DNA from: Thermoproteus tenax Kra 1
GTDB lineage: Archaea > Thermoproteota > Thermoprotei > Thermoproteales > Thermoproteaceae
NCBI RefSeq assembly: GCF_000253055.1
Contig: NC_016070.1
Location: 120,001 to 152,000 of the forward strand
DNA: 32,000 nucleotides
Direction of reading: 5' to 3'
The position numbers and the translations under genes were made by a program. This document shows positions 8,482 to 16,828 of this stretch, one piece after another (within the stretch, counting starts at the first letter, position 1; each line of letters begins with the position of its first letter). The notes under the pieces were generated by a model, which had not been told where the DNA came from, searched no databases, and worked only from the letters and a program-made list of their open reading frames with translations.

Positions 8482-9813
8482 ATGAGCTACTTTAGACTAA
8501 TTGAACGACTGATCTCCAGCGCAACGGGGGATCCCCCCTTGAAGGGCATTAGAGTCATCGAGTTCGCCCACTATATTCTGGGCCCCAACATACCCCGTCT
8601 TCTGGCCCAGCTTGGGGCCGAGGTCATAAAGATAGAGCCGCCGCCTCGCGGCGACCGCTGGAAGTACGCGTCCATGTGGGGCGGGAAGGGGTTCTACAAG
8701 GGCATGCGGATTGACTACCTCTATCTGAACTCTAATAAGTACTTTCTAGGCGTGGACTTCAAGAAGGAGAGAGGGAGGAAGCTGATAGTCGAGCTGGCGA
8801 AGACCGCCGATGTCTTTGTAGAAAATATGGAGCCCGGCACCCTTGATAGATACGGTCTGGGCTACCTCCAGCTGAAGGAGGTCAACCCCAAGCTGATATA
8901 CGTGAGTGCAAGCGGCTACGGAAACTGGGGCCCTCTATCGAGGCTCCCCAGCTACGACATAATAGGGCAGGCCGAGTCGGGCGTCATAGACACTACGGGC
9001 TGGGAGGGGGAGGTCCAGGAGGCCTACAGACTCCCCGACTATCCAGGCGACTGGCTTCCCTCGACTATGGCGGTCTCAGCCATAATAGCGGCGCTGATAT
9101 GGAGAGAGAAGAGCGGCAAGGGTCAGTATATAGACCTCTCTCAAGCGGCCAGCATGCAGAGACATATGTACCACTTCGCCTATATGTCGGCGACGGGGGA
9201 GAGGCTGAGGCGGAGCGGCTTCATAGACCCCTCGGCCTATTTCTCGGGAGTCTTCAAGACGTCGGACGGGAGATACGTTGCAGTGGCCGCCATGACTGAG
9301 GCCCAGTACGAGGCCTTGGCCGAACAAGTGCCAGGCCTGAAAGGGCTGAGGGATAAGCGCGATCTGGACTCTCTCTTTGTCAAATACAAGCTGGCGAGCC
9401 CGTGGTTCTCCTCAAAGAGTCTGGCGGAGTTGCTCGAGTTCGGGAGGAGGGCGGGCGTGCCGATCCAGCCGGTGTTGAACGACGAGGACGTGCTGAAGGA
9501 TCCCTGGAGGGCCGAGCGCGGATCTGTTCTGAAAATAAACGACAGGCTCTATGGAGAGATAGTGGTGCCCGGCCCTATAGTGAAGATGAGCGGGACGCCT
9601 CTGTCTGTCAAATGGGTCGCCAGGCCTGTGGGTTACCACAACAAGCTGATCTTGTTGAAAAAGATAGGTCTGAGCGAGCGCGAGGTCGAGGAGCTGGAGC
9701 GCGAGGGCATAATAGGGTATTGGGACGGCCAGTTAGGCAACACGCCGCCGCCCGGCTGGAGCCCCGAGAACGACCCCGTGTTCAAGGGCGAGAAAGACGA
9801 AGTGGAGCCATGA
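8482..9813 (+). CDS. CaiB/BaiF family (class III) CoA-transferase
   Basis: 443 aa; LKGIRVIEFAHYILGPNIPRLLAQLGAEVIKIEPP...GRDRW-type N-terminus and C-terminal KWVARPVG region. Confidence 0.9.
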   Translation: MSYFRLIERLISSATGDPPLKGIRVIEFAHYILGPNIPRLLAQLGAEVIKIEPPPRGDRWKYASMWGGKGFYKGMRIDYLYLNSNKYFLGVDFKKERGRKLIVELAKTADVFVENMEPGTLDRYGLGYLQLKEVNPKLIYVSASGYGNWGPLSRLPSYDIIGQAESGVIDTTGWEGEVQEAYRLPDYPGDWLPSTMAVSAIIAALIWREKSGKGQYIDLSQAASMQRHMYHFAYMSATGERLRRSGFIDPSAYFSGVFKTSDGRYVAVAAMTEAQYEALAEQVPGLKGLRDKRDLDSLFVKYKLASPWFSSKSLAELLEFGRRAGVPIQPVLNDEDVLKDPWRAERGSVLKINDRLYGEIVVPGPIVKMSGTPLSVKWVARPVGYHNKLILLKKIGLSEREVEELEREGIIGYWDGQLGNTPPPGWSPENDPVFKGEKDEVEP

Positions 9814-10967
9814 GCGAGCGCGAGCAGAGGCTCCAAGAGCTCTTCTCCAACAGAGAGAGCAAGCCCGAGGCGCTCGCCGGAGTGCGCGTCGTAGAGATCT
9901 GCGGCACTAACTTCGGATGCAGGCTAGCCGGCTCGTTCCTATCGGAGCTGGGCGCAGAGGTATTGACGGTGCCCGATGAGGACGCCAAAAAGATAACTCC
10001 ATACGGCGCAACTATAAACGGAGTCGGCATACCCTATTTCGTTGAGAGCAGGGGCAAGAGGGAGGTAGATCTCGAGCATGTGAGAAGCATTCTGGGCGAG
10101 GTCGATATATTGATAGACGGCCTTCCGCCCGGGAGGCTATACTCGTTGGGCTTGGGATACCCGCAGCTGTCGGAGCGTTATCCCAAGCTGATATATGTCG
10201 CCATATCTCAGTTTGGCCACTACGGCAGAAAGGCCGAGGAGTACGCAGGGATGCCAGACGCAGATCTGACTGGGCAGGCATATAACGGATACATGGCCAT
10301 GTTGGGCAATCCATCGTTGCCGGAGCCCTATTCCTACCCCATCAGAGCCGGCATATGGCTGGCCTGGGCCTTCGCGGGCGCCGCGGGCGCCCTGGGCGCT
10401 CTAGCCGCCTACTGGGCCCGCATGAGGACCGGCCGGGGCCAGTTTGTGGACGTGGCGATAAACGAGGTACTCTCAGTGGATCATCCATATCAGATAGGCG
10501 CCCCCTTCGTGTTGGGCCGGGCGCGCCAGAGGTCGCCGACTATTGACGCAAACCTTCTTGTGACTTACACCACTGCGCGCGCCAAGGACAGCTTCGTGGC
10601 TCTGGCCACGGTGATCTGGCCTGAGATTGAGGCCTTCTTCGAGATTATTGGAAGGCCCGATCTCGCTGAGAGGTGGAAGAAGGCGTTGGAGGCCTGGGAG
10701 AAAGATCCCGGCGTCCTCAAGTCGTTGGAGTCCGAGGTATTCGCCGAGGTAGCCAAGTTCAGAGGAGAGGACCTAGTCAAAGCTAGCCGTGAGAAGGGCA
10801 GGCCGCCTATAGCCGTAGTGAAGAGCATAGAGTGGGTCTCCTCGCAGGAACACTGGAGGATAAGGGGCGCCGTCATGGAGTTAGAATGTGGGGGCAAGAG
10901 GATCCTCGTGCCGGGGACTCCCTTCATGATGTCTGAGACACCAGGCAGAGTGAAGCTGAAGTGCTAG
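9810..10967 (+). CDS. CaiB/BaiF family CoA-transferase, divergent partner
   Basis: ATGA overlap with the upstream gene; LAGVRVVEICGTNFGCRLAGSFLSELGAEVLTVPDED...GLGYPQLSERYPKLIYVAISQFG. ATG 9810 preferred over the ORF-track start 9402. Confidence 0.85.
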   Translation: MSEREQRLQELFSNRESKPEALAGVRVVEICGTNFGCRLAGSFLSELGAEVLTVPDEDAKKITPYGATINGVGIPYFVESRGKREVDLEHVRSILGEVDILIDGLPPGRLYSLGLGYPQLSERYPKLIYVAISQFGHYGRKAEEYAGMPDADLTGQAYNGYMAMLGNPSLPEPYSYPIRAGIWLAWAFAGAAGALGALAAYWARMRTGRGQFVDVAINEVLSVDHPYQIGAPFVLGRARQRSPTIDANLLVTYTTARAKDSFVALATVIWPEIEAFFEIIGRPDLAERWKKALEAWEKDPGVLKSLESEVFAEVAKFRGEDLVKASREKGRPPIAVVKSIEWVSSQEHWRIRGAVMELECGGKRILVPGTPFMMSETPGRVKLKC

Positions 10968-10997
10968 GCCCGTATTATCCATTGTCATGTAATAAAA

Positions 10998-11030
10998 TTT
11001 TTAAATTCATTGAAAACGAATTTAAAAATA
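10998..11030. repeat. Perfect inverted repeat ATTTTTAAATTC-attgaaaac-GAATTTAAAAAT
   Basis: 12-bp perfect arms (10998-11009 / 11019-11030), 9-nt spacer, upstream of the 11071 gene. Confidence 0.8.
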
Positions 11031-11070
11031 TATAAAAATAAAAATTAAAAATATTGACAAAAATTAAATT

Positions 11071-12702
11071 ATGAACAAGTTTGTTGAGGCAAAACGCGCC
11101 GTGGGGAAAATAGGCGACGGCTCAGTCGTGGCTATATCGGGCTTCAACGCAACCACATCGCCGTTCTATATAATCGACGCGCTCTTAGAGCACTACCTGG
11201 AGCACGGGAGACCCCGCGACCTTTTCATAATATCAGACGCTCTGCCGGCTGTACCGGGCTTTGGCCTAGACAAGATCGGCCGATATATACTACAAGACCC
11301 TGGACAAAGGCTTGTGCGCGGCTTTCTACTACCTTTCTACGGCTGGTCGCCGTCTTTGCAGGAGGCGGTAGCTAGGAACTTAGTAGAGGCCTACACCTGG
11401 CCTATAGGCATCGTCACCAGATGGCTTAGAGACGTCGCAGCAGGATCGCCAGGCGTTTTGACCAGGATAGGGTTGGGCACTTTTATAGATCCCAGACAGG
11501 ACGGCGGCGCGTTGAACGACTTGGCGCGCGCGAAGAGAACCGCCAACGTGGAGTTAGTCGTGATAGAGGGGAGGGAGTATCTGCTCTATAAAGCGCCGAA
11601 GCCCAACGCGGCCATAATCAGAGCGACGACGGCCGACGAGCTCGGCAATCTCTCGATGGAGCGGGAGGCGATATTTGGGTCGGTCTTGGCTATGGCGCAG
11701 GCGGCAAAGGCTCATCCGAGCGGCATCGTAATCGCCCAAGTGCTTAGGGCAGTCTCTCTGGGCGAGCTACATCCTAAATCGGTCGTCGTTCCAGGCCCGC
11801 TCGTGGACTACCTCGTCGTATCGCCCAGAGGCAACGAGTCGCAACGCTACCACTGGCAGACATACAGCTTCGACTTCAACCCGATAATCAGCGGGGACTC
11901 CCCCTATAGAGTATTCTATGAGCCCCGCAGATTGGATCTAGACAAGGTTATAGCGAGGAGGGTTGTGTTAAAGATGGCGGAGCTCGTCGCCAAGTTGGGG
12001 AGGCCTATCATCGTCAACTTGGGCATAGGGATACCGGCCGTGGCGGCCGACGTTATAAGAGAGGAGGACATAGAAGAATTCATCCACATCACTGTGGAGT
12101 CAGGTCCGTGGGGCGGCTACGCCTTGACAGGCCCGGACTTCGGCGCCGCCATGGGCCACTACTCTGTGCTGCCCATGCCCGACCAGTTCCTGTTGTACGA
12201 GGGCGGCGCAATAGATGCCACCTCCCTCGGCTTTCTCGAAGTGGACAAGGAAGGCAACGTCAATCCGGCGTTTATCCCTGGCAGAATGACCGGCCCCGGC
12301 GGTTTCCCTGTCATCGCGGTCGGCTCCCCGAGGGTATATTTTGCAGGCGAGTTCACTGCCGGCAAAAGAGAAATTACAATAGATAAATGTAAATTACAGA
12401 TAAAACTTGATGGAAATATAACTAAATTTATACAAAGAGTCTATAAAATTGTATTTAGTGGAAGATACGCAATAGAGGAGGGCAAGGAGGTGTTTTTCTT
12501 CACGGAGAGGGCGACCTTCAGTTTAACCCCGAGAGGTCTAAAGCTATTGGACATTGCGCCTGGCGTGGACTTAGATCGCGACGTGTTGGGGAAGATGGGC
12601 TTTGTTCCTGTGATGGACAAAATTGAGTCTATGCCGGAGGAGGTATTCTGCGACAGAAAGCTGGGGCTCAGAGAGGAACTGCTCAGAGCTCTGAGAAGAT
12701 AG
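11071..12702 (+). CDS. Acyl-CoA:acetate/propionate CoA-transferase-like (family I, Pct/YdiF type)
   Basis: 543 aa; NLGIGIPAVAADV, ITVESGPWGG, LYEGGAIDATSLGFLEVDKEGNVN, GPGGF, TERATFSLTPRGLKLLDIAPGVDLDRDVLGKMGF. Confidence 0.88.
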   Translation: MNKFVEAKRAVGKIGDGSVVAISGFNATTSPFYIIDALLEHYLEHGRPRDLFIISDALPAVPGFGLDKIGRYILQDPGQRLVRGFLLPFYGWSPSLQEAVARNLVEAYTWPIGIVTRWLRDVAAGSPGVLTRIGLGTFIDPRQDGGALNDLARAKRTANVELVVIEGREYLLYKAPKPNAAIIRATTADELGNLSMEREAIFGSVLAMAQAAKAHPSGIVIAQVLRAVSLGELHPKSVVVPGPLVDYLVVSPRGNESQRYHWQTYSFDFNPIISGDSPYRVFYEPRRLDLDKVIARRVVLKMAELVAKLGRPIIVNLGIGIPAVAADVIREEDIEEFIHITVESGPWGGYALTGPDFGAAMGHYSVLPMPDQFLLYEGGAIDATSLGFLEVDKEGNVNPAFIPGRMTGPGGFPVIAVGSPRVYFAGEFTAGKREITIDKCKLQIKLDGNITKFIQRVYKIVFSGRYAIEEGKEVFFFTERATFSLTPRGLKLLDIAPGVDLDRDVLGKMGFVPVMDKIESMPEEVFCDRKLGLREELLRALRR

Positions 12703-12728
12703 CTATAATTACACAGTCTTTTGGAGGC

Positions 12729-14240
12729 GTGGCGAGACACGTGAGACTAATGGGCTTGCTGACGTCAATGGCGACTCTTGCCGTGAGCCTCTTGTACAAT
12801 ATAGCGATAACCCGAAAGCTTCACATAGAGGAGCTCGGCCTCCTCACATTGCTCAATGCGTCCACGGCCTTCTCTCTGCTTCCCAACGCCGTACTCTCCT
12901 TTGCGTTGCCCCGCATAGCCGCGAGGGATGGAGGTTTAAACGTGAGGGCGGCTCTGGCGTCGTCTACAGCGTTCTTCGCAGGCTCCGCCGCTTTAACTAT
13001 AGTGTATCTGGCTGCTACGTGGGGAAAGATGGGCGTCTATGCGCCGTTAGTGCTCTCAGTGGCTCTAGCGACGGAGCTCGTGACCTATCTATCGTCTGTG
13101 GCCGCCTCGATCCTCATGGTCAGAGATAGAGGCCGCTTCGTGTTCAGCAATTTGTTGCAAGCCGTCTCAAAGCTTGTAGCCATAGGGGCGATCTCTCTAT
13201 TGAGGTGGTCCATTGAGGCAGTGCTCTGGAGCTCTGTAGCTATAACGGCCGTGCCGGCGCTATATGGCTTTTTCTATTCTCTAAGGTATCAAGCCCCCGG
13301 CTCTCTCAGAAGGTACTTGAGGGAAATAGCCAACGCATCGTGGGTGCCTCTGATGGGCTTCGCCGTGAACTCGTTCAGAGCCTTGGACGCCACAATAATG
13401 GGCCTCCTGGGGGCTCTGAACCAGCTGGGCCTCTGGTATCTGTTCTTCATTTTATCGAAGCCGTACTCCTTTTCGACGCTCCTTTCAAATATAACTTACG
13501 GCGAGCTCCTGAGCGGGAGGAAGGGCGGCCTCTACAAGGACTTCCTCATGGTGTTGGCGTTGAGCACGTCTCTATCGTTGTCGTATGTATTCTTTGAGCC
13601 AGTGTTCATAAACTTTCTGAGGCCCGGCGAGCCGCAATACGCTGCGCCGCTCCTAGCGCCGCTCGCCATCTGGGCCGCCGCCAACGTCCTGGGCAACGTG
13701 AACATGTTCATATCCAACGTGATGCAGGGGGTGGACAAAAGGGATATACAAGGCGGGGAGATAAGGGCGAGGGCCTATCTCGGATCCCTCGTCTTCTATA
13801 CACATGCGGCCGAGCTAGTCTTCACCGCAGTGTATCTGGGGTCCATAGTGCCCCTGGTGGAGCTGGCCAAGATGTTGGGGGCCGAGTACTACGCCATCGC
13901 TGGCGTAGTAGCCGCATCGCTGTTGGCCAACATCGCTGCGCTGGCCTTCAGAGCTCTATCCAGCGGCAGATCCGCCCTAGGCTTCATCACACTCGGGTCT
14001 CTGGTACAAGACTACGCCGTCCCCCTCGCTCTATCTCTATTGGCGTTGTACTTCGTATCAAGCGCCCTGCGCCTGCCGCTTGTCCCTTCGGCGTTGTTCT
14101 CGCTGGGCGAAATTATCTTGGCGGTCATCGTCGCCTCTGGAGTCTATATCGGGGCATCGCTCGCTCTATCTAAGACCTTCAGAGAGCTGACTCTGGCGGT
14201 CGCGAGAAACTTGTTCACAATATTGTCAAATATAAGGTGA
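12729..14240 (+). CDS. Multi-spanning membrane protein, polysaccharide flippase/Wzx-like
   Basis: 503 aa, many hydrophobic segments, N-terminal LLYNIAITRKLHIEELGLLTLLNAST typical of the MOP/Wzx superfamily. Confidence 0.7.
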   Translation: MARHVRLMGLLTSMATLAVSLLYNIAITRKLHIEELGLLTLLNASTAFSLLPNAVLSFALPRIAARDGGLNVRAALASSTAFFAGSAALTIVYLAATWGKMGVYAPLVLSVALATELVTYLSSVAASILMVRDRGRFVFSNLLQAVSKLVAIGAISLLRWSIEAVLWSSVAITAVPALYGFFYSLRYQAPGSLRRYLREIANASWVPLMGFAVNSFRALDATIMGLLGALNQLGLWYLFFILSKPYSFSTLLSNITYGELLSGRKGGLYKDFLMVLALSTSLSLSYVFFEPVFINFLRPGEPQYAAPLLAPLAIWAAANVLGNVNMFISNVMQGVDKRDIQGGEIRARAYLGSLVFYTHAAELVFTAVYLGSIVPLVELAKMLGAEYYAIAGVVAASLLANIAALAFRALSSGRSALGFITLGSLVQDYAVPLALSLLALYFVSSALRLPLVPSALFSLGEIILAVIVASGVYIGASLALSKTFRELTLAVARNLFTILSNIR

Positions 14241-14255
14241 AGAGGAGGGCAAGAC

Positions 14256-15359
14256 GTGCTCCAATGTCTCAGATGTGGGTATAGGGGGAGCGGTCCCAAG
14301 AGGTGCCCCAGATGCGGCTTCCCCCTTATACCTGAGCCTCAAGGCAGATTCCGTATCGTCGAAGGAGAGCCCACCATATGGCGGTACGGGCCCACGTTGG
14401 GGGTGAGCAAGGGAGTGACGTTGGGCGAGGGGATGACGCCTCTGAGGAAGATAGGCGGCGTGGCGATAAAAGACGAGTCAAGAAACCCGACGGGCTCTAT
14501 AATGGACAGAGGCTCAGCCGTCTTGGCCTCAGTTTATCAAGGCGCCAGAGCCGCGGTCGCCTTCTCTGAGGATTTCACTCTGTCGATAGCCACCTACTTT
14601 TCGGCCCGGGGAATCACCGTGGAGGTATATATGGACCCTACGTCGGCAAACTACGCAGACTTTATCCTTTTGGCGAGTCTGCCGAACGTCGAAATACGCT
14701 TCGGCGTAGCTCCTAAGGTCGATGTGGAGTACGGCGAGCCCTACTTTCTGGCCGGCATAAAGACGTTGGCTTACGAGCTCTTCGAGGGAGCGAGGAAGAT
14801 GGAGGCCGTGGCGGTCCCCCTCGAGAGAGGCTATATAGCTCTAGCTATATATCAAGCGTTTAGAGAGCTTGAGGAGGAGGGCTACACAGCTCCGAGGCTC
14901 TTGTTGGCGAAATACAGAGAGGCCTCCGTCTCGGAGATAGCCCGGTGGCTCATCGATAAAGGCGCCGAACTCATCGAGGTCGACTCAGTGGACGCAGTGA
15001 GAGCCGCCGTAGAGCTCGCGAGGGAGGGCATCTATGCGAAACCGCTGTCGGCGATGGCGTATGTGGCCGCGGCCCAAGAGAAGAACGCCGTAGCCGTCAT
15101 AACGGGGACTGGGCTCAGGAGGCCCTATCTGCCGAGGAGGGGCGAGTTGGGCGGCCTTCAGGCGCAGATAATAGAGGTTCTCAGAAGGAGGGGCGAGATG
15201 ACGGCCTACCAGATATGGGACGCCTTGGGCAGAAGACCCACGCTTCGCGGGGTATATAAGGCGTTGAGCTCCCTCGCGGCGAGAGGGATTGTCGCACAGT
15301 CCTATCAAATCGAGGGGAAAAGGAGGATCAAAAGATTTAAACTGAATTCGGGAAAATAG
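14256..15359 (+). CDS. Threonine-synthase-like PALP-fold protein with N-terminal zinc ribbon and C-terminal winged helix; predicted pseudoenzyme
   Basis: CLRCGYRG...CPRCGFPL; KDESRNPTGSIMDRG (canonical NPTGSFKDRG); C-terminus MTAYQIWDALGRRPTLRGVYKALSSLAARGIVAQSYQIEGKRRIKRF is wHTH-like. Confidence 0.82.
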   Translation: MLQCLRCGYRGSGPKRCPRCGFPLIPEPQGRFRIVEGEPTIWRYGPTLGVSKGVTLGEGMTPLRKIGGVAIKDESRNPTGSIMDRGSAVLASVYQGARAAVAFSEDFTLSIATYFSARGITVEVYMDPTSANYADFILLASLPNVEIRFGVAPKVDVEYGEPYFLAGIKTLAYELFEGARKMEAVAVPLERGYIALAIYQAFRELEEEGYTAPRLLLAKYREASVSEIARWLIDKGAELIEVDSVDAVRAAVELAREGIYAKPLSAMAYVAAAQEKNAVAVITGTGLRRPYLPRRGELGGLQAQIIEVLRRRGEMTAYQIWDALGRRPTLRGVYKALSSLAARGIVAQSYQIEGKRRIKRFKLNSGK

Positions 15360-15450
15360 TATATTGCATTCGAAAGAGATTCAACTATCATTAGGAATAT
15401 GTCCCAAATTCGTCGAAGAAAAGATTAAATAACACAACAACATTGGGAGT

Positions 15451-16827
15451 ATGCCGGATCCACTAGATCTCGAACTAGCCAGATTAGTGAGTGCCGTAGG
15501 CGTCTTGGCTCACCTCTCTCTGGCCTCCTCGTTTCTTGGCGCAATAGGCCTCGCAGTTATCGCCGAGTATCTATGGCTGAGGAGGCGCGACGAGGATTGG
15601 CTAAACTTGGCCAAGCGGTTTAACATCATCGCCACTATATTCTTCGGAGTAGGCGCTGCGTTCGGCACTCTGGTCGAGTTCGGCCTTGTGACAATCTGGT
15701 CCAACTTCATCGCCATAATAGGCACCGCCATAGCCCTTCCCTTCTTCCTGGAGCTCTTCGCGTTCCTCTTCGAGGTAGTGTTCCTGCCGCTCTACACGTT
15801 CACGTGGGGCCGCATCAAGAACCCGTGGCTACACTGGTTTATAGGCATCCTGGCCGCGTTCGGCGGATACTACTCGGCCTACAACATCTTGGCAGTTATG
15901 TCGTCGTTGAGCATCGCCCCGCCTGGCCTCCAGATAGTGAATCTGGCTGCGCAGGGCAAGAGCATCGCAGGGGCTATAACCTATCTGGCGACTTTCCAGA
16001 ACCCGGCGGACGCCTGGAACATATTCTGGTGGGGCGCCAACGTGTTCATATTCCACGGCATCCTGGCCGCGGTTATCCTCAGTTGGTCCGGCGTGGCGGG
16101 CGTAGTGCTCTATCTATACCTCAAGGAGAGGAAGGCGTGGCAGTATAAGCTTCTGAGGTTGGTCGTGCCCAGCGTGGCCGTATTGACCGCGATAGAGGGG
16201 TTCGTCCTAGGCCACTTGCAAGGCGAGCTGGTGTTGGAGCATGATCCTCTTAAGTTGGCCGCTCTCGAGGGCATGTTCTGGAGTGGCCTCAAGACTGACC
16301 CACTGACTGGATTAGTGGCCTATGGAAACCCCAACGCCCAGTTCTGGGGATACTACTCTTGGCCGGCCGACATAAGGCCGCCCGACTTCGTCTACATCTT
16401 CTACCTCGGCTTCATGGTAGGCGCCGGCATTCTCTTGGGCATTCTAACGGCCGGCATCGGCCTCTACTTCCTACGGGGCGAGGAGAAATGCAAGCTGACT
16501 CCCATAGTTAAGCCGTTGCTCAGACCTGCGGTGGCTATAATACCCATACTTGCAGCTCTTGCATCCATAGGCGGGGCCGTCTCGGCGGAGACCGGGCGCT
16601 ATCCCTTTATACTGGTGCAGACCGTGAGCGGGACCGACGGGCCGCCCATGATAACGGGCGTTCCAGTAGGCCCCGGAGGGCTGTTCAACCCCACTCTGCA
16701 GCTCTCGCCGGCTCTCGCCGCGCTCATAATACTCGTTGAGGTTGCCATGCCGGCGTTGGCAGGCTATATGGTGTATTTAGCTATGGCCAAGCCTCCCAAG
16801 ATACTCAAGAGGGTGATAGAGTATTGA
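15451..16827 (+). CDS. cydA: Cytochrome bd-type oxidase subunit I
   Basis: 458 aa; LAHLSLASSFLG, FFLELFAFLFEVVFL (two conserved Glu), FHGILAA, FMVGAG, SAETGRYPF (GRQPW-like). Confidence 0.85.
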   Translation: MPDPLDLELARLVSAVGVLAHLSLASSFLGAIGLAVIAEYLWLRRRDEDWLNLAKRFNIIATIFFGVGAAFGTLVEFGLVTIWSNFIAIIGTAIALPFFLELFAFLFEVVFLPLYTFTWGRIKNPWLHWFIGILAAFGGYYSAYNILAVMSSLSIAPPGLQIVNLAAQGKSIAGAITYLATFQNPADAWNIFWWGANVFIFHGILAAVILSWSGVAGVVLYLYLKERKAWQYKLLRLVVPSVAVLTAIEGFVLGHLQGELVLEHDPLKLAALEGMFWSGLKTDPLTGLVAYGNPNAQFWGYYSWPADIRPPDFVYIFYLGFMVGAGILLGILTAGIGLYFLRGEEKCKLTPIVKPLLRPAVAIIPILAALASIGGAVSAETGRYPFILVQTVSGTDGPPMITGVPVGPGGLFNPTLQLSPALAALIILVEVAMPALAGYMVYLAMAKPPKILKRVIEY

Positions 16828-16828
16828 T

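Noticed and set aside
9402-9809. N-terminal extension of the second CaiB/BaiF ORF in the ORF track
   Set aside because: Overlaps the upstream CoA-transferase in another frame; ATG 9810 with ATGA overlap is the natural start.
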